A stretch of 64,000 nucleotides of DNA from Octopus sinensis (GCF_006345805.1 NC_043000.1:142910001-142974000); one strand, 5' to 3'; numbered from the stretch's first letter, positions 1 through 12,984 are shown. Translations and numbers: made by a program. Notes: generated from the sequence alone by a model not told the origin.

Positions 1-320
1 GGAGAGAGAGAAAGATACACAAGCGTATATATATATTATATATAGAGGAAGAGAGAAAGACCCCTCCACCCACACACATACACATATAAGACTGGGAACT
101 GGGGATAATGACATAAATTTGATGGATGGATAAATGGATGATTGGTTGGATAAATGGATGAAAAAAAATATGGTTGTGTGGATATAAAGTAGTTCAAGTT
201 ATGTTATAAGTTGAGGGGAGGAAATTAATGGCTCGCATAGAGATATTTACTGAAGAGAGACAGAGAAGTGTGCGAGAACTTTGTATATAACTGAATTTTC
301 AAAGTACTGAAATTTAAAGT

Positions 321-480
321 GCACAAGCCTGGCTATGCGGTTAAGATGTTTATACAATGACAATATGGTTCTGGGGTCAACACCAGTGAGTGGAACCTTA
401 AGCAAGTTTCTTCTTTTTCAAGTGTAAGTTAATCAGTGACCCGTGAATGAAATTTGGTAGATGGAAACTTTATAGAAATA
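321..480 (+). mobile_element. Decayed 5' half of SINE family B
   Basis: TGGCTATGCGG A-box-like motif and similarity to the better B copies (…aaatttggtagatggaaact…). Confidence 0.5.
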
Positions 481-491
481 TTACAGGCAAC

Positions 492-494
492 ACT

Positions 495-527
<33 letters not shown>

Positions 528-780
528 GTCATCATCATCGTTTAACGTCCGCTTTCCATGCTAGCATGGGTTGGACGTTTTGGCTGAGGTCTGGCAAACC
601 AGATGGCTGCACTAGACTCCAATCTGATCTGGCAGAGTTTCTACAGCTGGATGCCCTTCCTAATACCAGCCACTTCGAGAGTGTAGTGGATGCTTTTATG
701 TGCCACCGGTACGAGGGCCAGTTAGGTGGTACTGTCACCGGCCACGCTCAAATGTTGCTTTTTATGTGCCACCTGCACAA
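492..780 (-). mobile_element. 5'-truncated RTE LINE 3' end with (GAT)n tail
   Basis: (CAT)n at 492-540, then cgtttaacgtccgctttccatgctagcatgggttgg…ggatgcccttcctaat. The same 3'UTR is attached to an RTE RT C-terminus at 17548-18600. Confidence 0.8.
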
Positions 781-1261
781 AAAAAGCACCGTTTGTTTGT
801 GTATTGTCCATATAGTGCTCTTTTGAGTTTTACTCTTTTATGCCAATGGACGACTTAGCCATGCACTAAATAGAAATCAATAAAGGAATTAGCAAAATAC
901 TGTTGATGCTTTACTCATATGAAGCTCTGGGAAGCTGTAAGAAGGCTAAAATAGCAGAACTGAAAAATGAAGGGATAAGCTTGCATGAGTTGGGGAGGAA
1001 AATGGCAGATGGTCAGAGATAGGGGTAGAGGTGAATGTATTGAATGATGAACATTAGTGGAAGTGTGGTTGATGGTAGATATAAGATTGGAGGAGGAGGT
1101 GTTAAGAAATGTAAATGGTGCAGTAGTAGGAGGTGATAAGTTGCAGAACAGAAAGGGTGTAGAATAGGAGAATATGTTTGCACGTGTGTTTGTGCATGCA
1201 TGTGTGCGTGTGTGCGCGTGTGCATGTATGGAAATGAGCATGTGTATGTGTGTGCATGTAA

Positions 1262-1296
<35 letters not shown>

Positions 1297-1303
1297 CATG
1301 TAA

Positions 1304-1337
<34 letters not shown>

Positions 1338-1338
<1 letters not shown>

Positions 1339-1630
1339 GAGGCGCAATGGCCTAGTGACTAGGGTAGCGGAATCGCAGTTGTAGGATTGCGGTTTCGATT
1401 CCCAGACCGGGCGTTGTGTGTTTATTGAGCGAAAACACCTAAAAAGCTCCACGAGGCTCTGGTAGGGGGTGGTGATCCCTGCTGTACTCTTTCACCACTT
1501 CTCTCACTCTTTCTTCTGTTGGCCTACTCGCTTAGCCAGCGGGATGGCGTCATTCATAGGCTAAAACAATGCGAACGCATTGTGACCAGCGATGTGTAGC
1601 AACATCTGATGGTCTGGTCGGTCACATGAT
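1338..1630 (+). mobile_element. tRNA-headed SINE family A (variant 3' end)
   Basis: Head ggaggcgcaatggcctagtg with A-box-like TGGCCTAGTG and B-box-like GGTTTCGATTCC; body shared with 6821-7206 and 12985-13290. Confidence 0.8.
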
Positions 1631-1749
1631 CATATATATATAATTAAGATTCCGAAGTGCAGATTCCAAGTTTGGTGAATAAAATATCAACAGGTTTCAA
1701 TTCAATGCAGTCGTTTCAAGCGACTCCTTTAATTGATTAAGGAAAACAC

Positions 1750-2068
1750 TCGGGCTGACCAAAGCTTTGTAAGTGGATTTGGTAGATGGAAACTGAAAGA
1801 AGCTTGTCATATATATATATGTGGGGGGGGGATTTTGGGTGGGGGGGTGCGTGTATGTGTATGTATATATATTTATATATATATGTGTGTTTGTCCCCCC
1901 CAACATTGCTTGACAACTGATGCTGGTGTGCTTATATTCCCGTAACTTAGCGGTTCGGCAAAAGAGACTGATAAAGGATAAGTCATGGGGTTGATTTGCT
2001 CGACTAAAGGCAGTGCTCCAGCATAGCCGCAGTTAAATGACTGAAACAAATAAAAGAATAAAAGAATA
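1750..2068 (+). mobile_element. SINE family B, 5'-truncated
   Basis: ggatttggtagatggaaactgaaagaagc, central (TA/GT)n, cattgcttgacaactgatgctggtgtg…gaaacaaataaaagaataaaag; matches the full copy at 33021-33420. Confidence 0.8.
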
Positions 2069-2099
2069 TAATTACAGATATATGAAAATAACTGGCATT

Positions 2100-2330
2100 T
2101 CATCAGTTACAACAACAGACGTTCCCCTTGATCCAATCAATGGAACATCCTGATCATGAAATTAATGTGACAAGGCTAGCCCTTGGAAATTTATGTACAA
2201 CTCATTTTTGCCAGCTGAGTGGACTGGAGCAATGTGAAATAAAGTGTCTTGCTCAAGGACACAAAGCATCATCAGGTATCAAATTCATGACCTTATAAGT
2301 GTGAAGTAAATGCCCAAACCACTAAAACCT
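2100..2330 (-). mobile_element. Minor SINE family D fragment
   Basis: gccagctgagtggactggagcaatgtgaaataaagtgtcttgctcaaggacac; a related fragment lies near 3860-3965. Confidence 0.55.
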
Positions 2331-2354
2331 GAGCCTTCACACACACACATATAA

Positions 2355-2545
2355 CCCACTACACACTCGGAGTGGTTGGCATTAAGAAGGGCATCCAGCT
2401 ATAGAAATGTTGCCAGATCAGACTCTGAAGCCTGGTGCAGGAGCTGGCTTTGGCTTTCCAGACCTCAGTCAAACCATCTGACCCATGCCAACATGGAAAA
2501 CAGATGTTAAAAAATGATGATGATGATGATGACGATGATGATGAG
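2355..2545 (+). mobile_element. RTE LINE 3' end with (GAT)n tail
   Basis: ggttggcattaagaagggcatccagctatagaaa…catggaaaacagatgttaaaaaat then (GAT)n. Confidence 0.75.
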
Positions 2546-2581
2546 GATTATATTACATTACATACAAGCCCCCCCCATAAA

Positions 2582-2640
<59 letters not shown>

Positions 2641-4432
2641 GGCGGTGCCCCAGCATGGCCACAGCTAGTGAGCTGAAACTAGATTAAAAAGAAAAAAAAT
2701 ACATGTATATATATATATACATACATACATACATACATATATATATACATATATATATATGCATATGCACAAGTACATATGTATATATATATATACATAT
2801 GCACACACACACACAAGCATATTACATATATTCTATTTTATTTTACTATTTTATATTATGTTGATAGAATTTGGAAAATGCAGTTGGTATTTTTATGCTT
2901 TACATAAAAAAGCACATTTCTGCAAGCCAAATGATCTTTTGCTTCACCCCTTGACGTATTCGCTTGGTATTGTCAGCAAAATATACAATGCAATGTTTGT
3001 TACATGTCCTTATATATCCCAGCCATACATATTGTAGGTAAGCAAGTTTGTGTAGCTGAATAGAGTGAGATACCAGGGTGAGATAATGGTATGGTGCTAA
3101 GAGAGTAAGGTATAAAGGAGAAGAGATAAAGGCTGTAATGGAGAATGGAAAGAAAAATAAGAGAGTGTATATATGCATGTGTGTGTATGTCTATGTGTGT
3201 GTATGTGTGCACGTGTCCATGTGTGTGTGTGTGTGTGTTCATATAGTCTGACAACATATGTATGGATGGATGTGCAAGTATGCAGAACTATCAGTATGCG
3301 TGACTATGCATATGGGTATGTGTGCATGAATAGATGTGTGTATGTGTGAGCGTGCCCATGTACATGACCAGACAACCTGCGAATGACACTGATTTACAGA
3401 GCTATTTACAAACACACTGGCTGAAGGCTATCGAATACACTGGCCAAGGCCTATGTCTGCCAAATTATTAATTTGACCCAAATACCATAAAAACGTCAAG
3501 AAGGTAAAATATATCGTCTAGCTTTCATATTTTGATATATGCCACTGGCTGTTGTTACTGTTATTGTAATTATTTTGTTATGATTACTACACCAACCAAA
3601 TGCTCTCCAATTATTTTCTTCCTTTCTCTGTCTATAGATATGATTTGTGCTTGAAGAAGTCTCTGTGTATCAGTATGTCCATCTCTGCCGTTCTCTCTTC
3701 TCTATGACTACTCTCTAAGCACCTCCTATTATCTCACTCTTGTGTCACCTTTATTCTGCAATACCAGCTTGCTTACAATTTACAAGTGTACCCAGAAAAT
3801 ACATGTTTAGCTATGATATACATGCTTACTACAATATGCCTATCAGCCAGCGGTATACATGGGAAATTTATCTACAGCTCATTTCTGCCAGCTGAATGGA
3901 CTGGAGCAGTCAAATTCATGACCTAATATTTGTGAAACAAATGCCCAAACCACTAAGTCCTGTGCCTTCAGACACACACACACACACACAACCCACTACA
4001 CACTCAGAGTGGTTGGCATCAGGAAGGGCATCCAGCTGTAGAAACATTGCCAGATCAGATTGGAGCCTGGTGCAATAAACATTGCGTTGCATTTTTTGCT
4101 GATAATGCCAAGACAGTAAGCCGACTGGATTATGCAACATACCAACTGGCTTGCTTGAATGGTTGTGACAATCAGTGTAAAAATTAACTAAGTTTTATGT
4201 GTTCTCAATCATGTATAATGTTGTTCAAATTTTGCACTCTAACTTATGCAGAGATACGATTGCTGTTGTCAAACTGTTTGGAGTATAGGAGTAGAGTGTA
4301 CAACTGTTTACTAAGATCAAAACATTTGGTAAAGCATCGTGCCATCCAACACACTTTATACATTACACATACATACATACATACATACATACATACATAC
4401 ATACATACATACATACATACATACATACATAC

Positions 4433-4987
4433 ATGGTGGCTGCCCCCTCGTTATTGAGTATGGCCATTGCGTGAAGCTTAATCAATGTTGTTATCGTGCA
4501 ATGCCTGTGCAAGAAGATTTTTTTTAAAGTGAGGAAAGGCTGTGCACTAAGTCAATCCCACTCACTAAGCAACAGCAGCCATAATCCGAAAAGAAGAACA
4601 AGTCAACATCATCGGCAACCACTGAGCCGCAGGTTTTATGTCGGAGTTATCCCAGTTACCTGAGTTACCTTCTCCTAGAAGGATGCCCTAACAAAGGCTA
4701 GGAGTCCTACACTCCCAATGGTTTAACCGCGCGATCGGGTATTCAGTCCGATTATTTCTATGTCCCCGCACATGATACAGCCTTAAGACATACATTAGAT
4801 GGCCGTTGACTCTCAAGAGTTCCTCCGCCCTTTGACGGGTTTTGTTTTTTATCCTGCAGGGTGTCCAATAAACACCCTCCTCATCAAGCAAGCTTGGTGG
4901 GGGTGCCGGTTTAGTCGCTGACGACCCGACCATGCAACAGGTTGTACTGGGCTACATGTTACCAGTAGCACATGAAAGTGACCTGAC
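4433..4987 (-). mobile_element. GC-richer repeat resembling an RTE 5'UTR, inside a (TACA)n array
   Basis: Minus strand reads ggactcctagcctttgttagggcatccttctaggagaaggtaactc, similar to RTE-clade 5'UTR motifs as I recall them. (TACA)n lies on both sides and there is no ORF. Confidence 0.5.
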
Positions 4988-4989
4988 AT

Positions 4990-5049
<60 letters not shown>

Positions 5050-5133
5050 GAAATTTACAGAAAAACAAAAGACAAAGACAGGTGTATAACCAACAAGCAG
5101 GTGTATTAGTTTGACACTCAGGAAGGTGAGAAA

Positions 5134-5175
5134 GTCTTTTATGTTTCGAGCCTATGCTCTTCAACAGAAAAGAAC
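5134..5175 (-). ncRNA. Decayed minimal type I hammerhead-like motif
   Basis: gttctttt-CTGTTGA-a-GAGC-atag-GCTC-GAA-ACAT-A-aaagac: stems I and II pair, but the core has A6U and stem III is no longer palindromic. Confidence 0.45.
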
Positions 5176-5333
5176 ATGAGGAAATAAACAAAGAAAGAAT
5201 AAAAAAACTTTTGGAGTTAGCGATCAGTCGGTGTTTATATATATACTTGTAAATTGAGGAAACAATCATTAACATGATTACATCAGTGGCTAGCATGTAA
5301 AAAACGACCATATCAGTAAAATTAATTTTTAAG

Positions 5334-5595
5334 TATATAATTATAAAAATATAATCATAATTAAGGGCACTGGAATGTCAGCGCCAATACACTAACAGTA
5401 GATGTCCAATACATACAATCCCCTCTATACTTGCTCTCTATTTATAACCCAAGGTCAAGTGTGAAGAAATGAGCAAGAAGTATTTACAAAATAAATAGAG
5501 AACAAATTTAGAGTGGATTGTAGGTATTTGACATCTACTTCTTGTGTATAAGGTGCTGGCATTCCAGTGCCCTTAATTTTAATTATATTTTTATA

Positions 5596-5603
<8 letters not shown>
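5334..5603. mobile_element. Fold-back / MITE-like element with about 100-bp inverted arms
   Basis: Left arm tataattataaaaatataat…aattaagggcactggaatgtcagc…caatcccctcta is the near reverse complement of tagagtggattg…gctggcattccagtgcccttaatt…tttttataattata. Confidence 0.75.
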
Positions 5604-5645
<42 letters not shown>

Positions 5646-5850
5646 TACATGTAAATATCAAACAGAGAGAATGAGTGTTCAATACTGCATTGGTGGATAA
5701 AAATTCTGTATTAGTATATTAAGGCTACCATTGGTTTCATGTTAAAGAAATTCTTCAAAACTTAGTCAAATCAATCACATAGCAAAAATTGGTGCTCGTC
5801 TATATTTTGGATTTTACTGCTTCTTATTAAAGCCAAAAAAATCTTCAGAA

Positions 5851-5890
5851 ACTGCTACTCAGAGTTTCACATTGTTGTTCATCGGACAGT
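5851..5890 (-). ncRNA. Minimal type I hammerhead-like motif with CCGAUGA core
   Basis: actgt-CCGATGA-aca-acaa-tgt-GAA-ACTC-t-GAGT-A-gcagt: all three stems pair; cleavage triplet GUA. Confidence 0.6.
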
Positions 5891-5894
5891 AATA

Positions 5895-6050
5895 GGTTGG
5901 ACAGAATTTCATTAAGGCTGATTTTTATAACCAGATGCCATTCCTATTGCCAACCCACATATATTTCCAAGCAATGCCATATTTCTCCGTAGCCGGATAT
6001 GTTTCCACAGAAGCTTTGAAACAAATGATACATTGTTGACTACATTTTGT
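5895..6050 (-). mobile_element. SINE/LINE fragment with RTE-type 3' tail (family E)
   Basis: ccagatgccattcctattgccaacccac…gtttccacagaag; related to 7265-7520, 34255-34450 and 46330-46475. Confidence 0.5.
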
Positions 6051-6820
6051 TTCCTAGCTGTAAAAGATGTTCATAGACCAGAGCCTGAGCTCCTTCGGAC
6101 AAAAATAGCCCCTGAATAATGTATTTCAATAATACGATATTATTACCAAGGTTTTCTCAGTAATAATACATTTGAATGGTTTCCCAACAGGGATGGGTAT
6201 TAAGAGTGTTCTACTATTAATTACTTGTTCCTGATCACTGAGATAACAATTGTATGTGAAATATGAATTCATAGGATAGAAGCTGACAATTAATTATATT
6301 ATATTTATATTACATTTGACATTTAATAGATGACAACAGAATGTAATATATAATTTTAAGTGAATGACACACATTATAGCAGAGAAACAGTAAAATGAAA
6401 GAATTATAATAGAACAAAGGTTGGTTAAAACATCATACAAGTTGTATACAAAACCTTAAGGTAATATTTTAGTTATCAAGTCAATAAAAGGTGGGAGAAT
6501 GTCCTAGATTAATCTGGTATTAGAACATTAAAATGAATACATACTGGAAATAATAAAGAAACAAAGAAACTAAGAGACATTTAGAATACTGTAAGAAAAA
6601 GGAGGAGAGATAACAAAAGTCGAAGCAAAGAATAAAAGAGTTGGCTGAAATGGAATTGAAAGGCGATATGATGAGATAAAATGGCATATATTAAATAAAG
6701 GATGGTGGGATGGTACTGCTAGTGGCTCGAAGTCAATGTCTCAGATGGTCAAAGAGTGGAGATGACTTACAAAAGTCTGTTTAGATGACTCTATCAATAT
6801 GGGTGTGTGTGAGAGTGTGT

Positions 6821-7206
6821 GGATGGAAGCACTCCGTCGGTTACGACGACGAGGGTTCCGGTTGATCCGAATCAACGGAACAGCCTGCTTGTGAAATTAA
6901 CGTGTAAGTGGCTGAGCACTCCACAGACACGTGTACCCTTAACGTAGTTCTCGGGGATATTCAGCGTGACATAGAGAGTGACAAGGCCGGCCCTTTGAAA
7001 TACAGGTACAACAGAAACAGGAAGTAAGAGTGAGAGAAAGTTGTGGTGAAAGAGTACAGCAGGGATCACCACCATCCCCTGCCGGAGCCTCGTCGAGCTT
7101 TAGGTGTTTTCGCTCAATAAACACTCACAACGCCCGTTCTGGAAATCGAAACAGCGAGCCTATGACCGCGAGTCCACTGCCCTAACCACTGGGCCATTGC
7201 GCCTCC
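6821..7206 (-). mobile_element. Full-length SINE family A
   Basis: Minus strand starts ggaggcgcaatggcccagtggttagggcagtggactcgcggtc with B-box-like GTTTCGATTTCC and ends …gacggagtgcttcca. Confidence 0.85.
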
Positions 7207-7264
7207 GTGAGAGTGTGTGCATGTGTGTGTATGTGTGTTTGTATGCATGTGTGTGTTTGTGCAC

Positions 7265-7520
7265 CCTCTTGTCTTAACATCACACGATGGCCATAAATGT
7301 GTATCAGTGTGATACGAGCAAAGTTGTTCACTTCCAGTTCTCTGTGGAAAACATATGCGGCCCTGGGAAATCATACCTTGCTTGAAAACAGGTGAGAACA
7401 GGTAAGAAGAAAGGCAGCCAGCTGTAGAAGATATACCTCAACAAAATCTGTCTGATCCATGCAAGCATGGAAAAGTGACCATTAAATGATGATAATGAAG
7501 ATGATGATAGTGATGATGAT
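7265..7520 (+). mobile_element. Family E repeat with RTE-type tail
   Basis: Ends gaaaggcagccagctgtagaa…catgcaagcatggaaaagtgaccattaaat then (GAT)n. Confidence 0.6.
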
Positions 7521-7600
7521 GACACATACTCACACACACATAAATAAAGAAACATATATACACTCACACATACATACATACATACATACATACATACATA

Positions 7601-7780
7601 CAGGGTGCAGTGAATAAACTGTCATCTAAATTATGCAAAATTGTAAGTAATGCTGACATCTCATATTATCAGATATATTTACCAAAACTACATAAGAACA
7701 TACTAAAGAGTAAACTTATTCAATAAAATCACCATTGGCTTCAATCACAACCTCCAGATGACTTTGGAATCTCCTACAAC
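7601..7780 (-). mobile_element. 3' terminal fragment of a maT-like (Tc1/mariner) element
   Basis: TA|CAGGGTGCAGTGAATAAACTGTC terminus at 7601; minus strand encodes RFQSHLEVVIEANGDFIE*, a typical transposase C-terminus. An RTE tail copy starts at 7781. Confidence 0.75.
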
Positions 7781-8110
7781 TCTTCCTTTTCCATGCTAGC
7801 ATGGGTTGGACGATTTGACTGAGGACTGGCGAACCAGATGGCTGTGCCAGGCTCCAATCTGATCTGGCAGAGTTTCTACAGCTTGATGCCCTTCCTAATG
7901 CCAACCACTCTGAGAGTTGTATGTGCCACTTGCACGAAGACCAGTCTGGCGGTACTGGCAATGGCCACACTCAAATGGTGTTTTTTATGTGCCACCTGCA
8001 CAGGAGTCAGTCCAGCGGCACTGGCAATGATCTCGCTCGAATGTTTTGTTCACGAGCCACCGGCACAAGTCCTAGTAAGGCAACGCAGGTAACGATCACA
8101 CTTGAATGGT
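7781..8110 (-). mobile_element. RTE LINE 3'UTR fragment
   Basis: ttccatgctagcatgggttggacg…gatgcccttcctaatgccaaccactc plus repeated gtgccacc motifs. Confidence 0.75.
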
Positions 8111-8416
8111 GCTAAGCACACAGATACAGACACACACACGCACACACATGTATTGATATACACCGCTATATATATCAGTATGTCAATTTCATAGTGTTGA
8201 CAACAGTGCACACTAGAAGAACATGAAATCACAATATAGAGGTGCAAAAGTAAATACTGCAAACTGTTTATATAGAAATCATATATTCTAGTTACTCTAC
8301 CATTCTAATAATTGCAATGATCATGATTTCTAATATAAGTACATTTCAAATTTAGTGGGTGTAGGGAATATTGTTGATTATGTCTCCTAAGGTTTTTGCT
8401 TTTTTTTTATATACAG

Positions 8417-8485
8417 CTTTGTCAGAGAAATGAGAGTAATGCCCATGGCTCTTCTGAGGCTTCTGTGACTGGTCAGATGAAAAGA
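8417..8485 (+). CDS. Candidate internal exon of an unidentified host gene (LCQRNESNAHGSSEASVTGQMKR)
   Basis: Strong acceptor gcttttttttatatacag, donor AGA|GTAAGT, 69 nt, phase 0 to 0, the only open frame, and in non-repeat sequence. No protein family recognised. Confidence 0.5.
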
Positions 8486-8700
8486 GTAAGTAACTTTAAG
8501 CTGGAGATTGCTTCAAATGCTTGCAATATAATTCATTCCACTAAAGGCATGCACAGGCCAGATAGTGATATGAAGATGACAGGTTAAGTCTATAAACTTA
8601 TATTAAGAATTTCTATCTAAATTGCATGCAGTAAGCTTGGGTCAACATGAAGCCATGACAATATTTGCCCAAAGTACCACACATTATTTTACCAGGCTTA

Positions 8701-8880
8701 AGGCAGTAAGCTGGCAGAACTATTAGCAATGCTTACTGACATTTCTTCTGGCACTTTACATTTTGTGTTCAAATACTACCAAAGTCAGCTTTGCTTTTCA
8801 TCCTTTCAGGGTTCATAAAATAAAGTGTCGGTCAACAACTCGGTTCAATGTGATTAATTAACTCCTGACCTCTAAGAATT
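8701..8880 (+). mobile_element. Decayed SINE family C
   Basis: ggcagtaagctggcagaactattagc…gcttttcatcctttcaggg. Confidence 0.6.
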
Positions 8881-9774
8881 GCTAGCTTTTTTTTTTTTTA
8901 TCCTATCTAGTTTCAGCTCAGAGCTGCGGCCATGCTGATGCACCGTCGTTTTGCTACACTGTTATTACTAAGAGCCTCCTCTAATATGTGGCACTTGGCG
9001 AAGAATGGAGTTTGATATAGCTACCCTCATTTGCACCTCTTGCTATGAGGTAGGTTCATCTAGGACTCTCGACAGGAAGAGGTCCAGCTTTGATTTAAAA
9101 ACCCCCTACATCTACTTTGTGCAAATTCTTCAGACTCTTTGGGAGAATATTAAAAAGCTGTGGGCCCTTGAAACCCAGGCTGTTGCAGTAATTTGTCCTG
9201 AAGTGTGATGGCATTGCTGGGACCAGTGAAACATTTTTTAACAAATTCTTTTCCCAGCCTTGGAAAGCAGGAATGTAAAGTTGTTTTTGGTGAAATTCAA
9301 ACTCAGATTATAAAGGTCCATAATTAATGAATGCAAGACATGTTACATAAGTCTCTAATCTTTCTGCAATAATGTTAAACACACTGGAACATTAATTGTA
9401 TTCACCTAGAGTATTTCCAGAAATAAATTACAGAAAAACTTTTAAAAGCCCAATGAAATGCATCATTGTAAATGAAATATACGCTAAATCAGAGTTCAGT
9501 TCACTTCAGCTACAAGCTAAAACCGTGTTTCTTTACATGACAGTTAAAATATTGTTTCTTTATTTCTTCTCCAACATTATCAAGTGCATAAATTACTATC
9601 CAGTGATTCATTAGGTGATAGAGAAATTCTGTTATTAATTTTCAAGTTTTAACAACTTAGCCGATAAGTTTTTAAAATGTAGACACATTGTCTAAATAAA
9701 TACAGGAGCATAAATCATGAGAACAAGCATCTTACTTCTACAAAGGACACATAAGTAAATGTATTATACAGTAT

Positions 9775-9812
<38 letters not shown>

Positions 9813-9939
9813 GTGTGTGTGTGTGTATGTGTGTGTGTGTGCATGAGTGTGTGAATGTGTGTGTAGATATCACCATCATCGTTTTAGTGCCCACTTTTCC
9901 AAGCTCACATGGGTCATACAAGGAAGGAAGGATGAATAA

Positions 9940-10491
<552 letters not shown>

Positions 10492-12984
10492 AATAAATGT
10501 AAAAGAAGAAAAGGAAATAGAATTATTAGAATTACATTTGGCGACTGAAATCCTTGTTCAGTGGGACCTATATTTGAATTTATGTTGATTTATATTCATA
10601 AGTTTAAGTTTTAACAGCCAACCAGTCACAATTGTTAAGTATGAATTTAATATTGCTAAAAGAGGAAAAGAAAAAAAAACAACAACTGAAATTGAATTTA
10701 TATAGAAAATAACTATTTTATAACAAAATATAAATAAAGGAAAATAAAAAATAAAATCAAGATGGGCTTTGCATTGGCAAAAATAAAGATTTAACAAACA
10801 AGTTAATTTGGAAAAGCAATTTTTAAATGTTACCAGTGTTAATGAAGGATGAGTAAAAGTATTTAAACAGTATTTCAAATGTGGTATATTTCTGAAATTT
10901 AATTATTTTTCTAGACTTAAGTGTTCTCTTAGGAACATGCAGTTTGTTCACTGACTTAAATTATTGATGTTAGACATCATGTCTACATTTTTTACCTTTT
11001 GGCTTATGTATTTAATCATCCAATTAAGAGCCAAATGATATACTTAATTGTGATTCCAAAGGAAGGAAACTTTTCTTTATAATTAATTCAGTTAAATAGT
11101 CTTTAACTCTTTTCTTCGACTCATACATATATCTAGGAACTTAGAACTGAAGCCGGTCTTTTGTAACTTTATCAAAGTATTTGATAACGAAAAGTGTCCT
11201 AATAAGATTTCTTCTGGCAATAATATAACAATGTATTATAGCTAGAACTGCAGTGCTGAAAGAATCAAAGACTAATATTAAAGGAAATTATTGTTCTAAT
11301 TGGATAAATGTTCTCCAACATTAATCAAACAGTTAAGACAAAGATATTCCACATAACCACAGGCATGGTTATGTAATTATGAAGTTTGCTTTGCAATAAC
11401 AAGAATCTGGGCTGAAATCCACTGTACAGTATCTTGGAAAAGTGTCTGCTTATGTAACTTTTGGTTGATTCAAGCCTTTTCAATGAAATCAGATGGACAG
11501 CCAACCTGAAGAAGCCTATTGAACTGCATTTAATTCTTGGGTGAGATATTCGATTCATTGCTTGCTTTAACACTATCACCTGGTGCTTGGGTGCTTTTAG
11601 CAGAATTCAATTTTGTGAAAGTATTCAAACCTTATTACTAATCTTAGAATAACTGAGTACTAAGTTACGCCACTTCATTCTTTGACCACTGCACTTCCTT
11701 TCCCACTAATATTGGATACCCAACAAAGATCATGAACACTAGGATTTCTTCATAGATTAAGCCATAAAGAAAAAAGAAATTGCAATTTAAGTATTACCCA
11801 CAAATTCCATGCTTTTTAATAACACACAAAGTAGGGGCTAACTGCAAATTTTCAATCCTTCTAATTTCATTGCACTTTGAAAGACTATATTAAAAACAAA
11901 GTAGAAACTCCTAATAGGAATCTAAGAGAGTATTGAGGGACATAAACTAAATGTTATTGATCAATTTCAATTTACATTATAAGGCATCAATCAATAGCAT
12001 GCTATAAGGTCAGGCCAAGTGGGGCAGGGGCATTGCTGCATTCACCATTTGCCAGTGTATTCCTGGGCCCTCCCAAGTCAAGCAGAGTCCCAGTTAGTCC
12101 CTATTTCCATGAGATACTTCCTCATCTGCCATGACAACATGGTATATGGTCAACCAACATGAGCCATCAACCCAGCCAGATCATCAGTGAAGAGAACATG
12201 ATAAACAGGTTCTAACTTAGAAAACCAAGCAAGATGGCCAAACAGGATGTTTGGCCATATGATGAGAATGTGAATAAAATATAGTTTCAGTGTCAACAGT
12301 AGGAATGACTTTCAAGGAATGGAGGTGAATATGTTGTACACTGAACCATTGGCTTAAACTCAAATGTTCAATAAGGATATTCTTAATAAATGTATTAATA
12401 AAATAAAAGCATTTACTGGAGAACCTACTACACTCTTTAGAAAATGTCAAAGGGAAAATTTTAGTAGTTGTAAAGCTACACTATCAGTAACAAAAAGAGA
12501 TGGAACAACAACCAATCTGATTTCCTGATTATGAAAACAAACAAAAATGTACAAGAAATATTTGGAGAGATTGATAAAAAGCCTGGGTCAACCAAAGGAA
12601 ACTGATTCTGACCGGAATAGAATACTGGAATATGAATAATTTCAATGCCTCAAAATTATTATGTATTCTTCAGGTTATGTTATACAAACAAGAAAAATAG
12701 CCATCAGAGCTTATTTCCTAGAATGTGAAGCAGCTTCAGTTAATCTATAAATGACCGGCAATATCTTAGATAGCTTTCATGAATTGCAACCAAACATCTC
12801 ATAATGCTTAACTGCATCATTATTCTGTCGGAGGAACCAAAAAGTAGTAAATACATTTCAGCTGTAGCTATTAATATTCGTATACACACACACATATATA
12901 TACACACACAAACACAAACATCATTATCATTATTATCATCATCATCATCTAACAACCATGGTCCATGCTAGTATAGATTAGACA

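Noticed and set aside
1338-1415. SINE heads as real tRNA genes (also the B, C and 51565 heads)
   Set aside because: They have A and B boxes but no complete acceptor stem, and they run into repeat bodies.
4880-4985. HDV-like ribozyme at the RTE-like 5' end (…gggtcgtcagcgaCTAAaccgg)
   Set aside because: A P4/J4-2-like end is present, but I could not build the P1-P2-P3-L3 nested pseudoknot with canonical order and lengths.
3638-6120. Extra + strand exon candidates at 3638-3672 (YDLCLKKSLCI) and from 6059 (VKDVHRPEPELLRTKIAPE*)
   Set aside because: The splice signals are plausible, but the chain ends in a stop before the 8417 exon, and pyrimidine-rich pseudo-acceptors are common here.
12820-12855. 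Further hammerhead-like traces (ttattCTGTCGGAGG…TAGTAaata; also 20306-20330 and 28880-28940)
   Set aside because: Each needs several substitutions or lacks the core or GAAA, so it cannot be told apart from chance.
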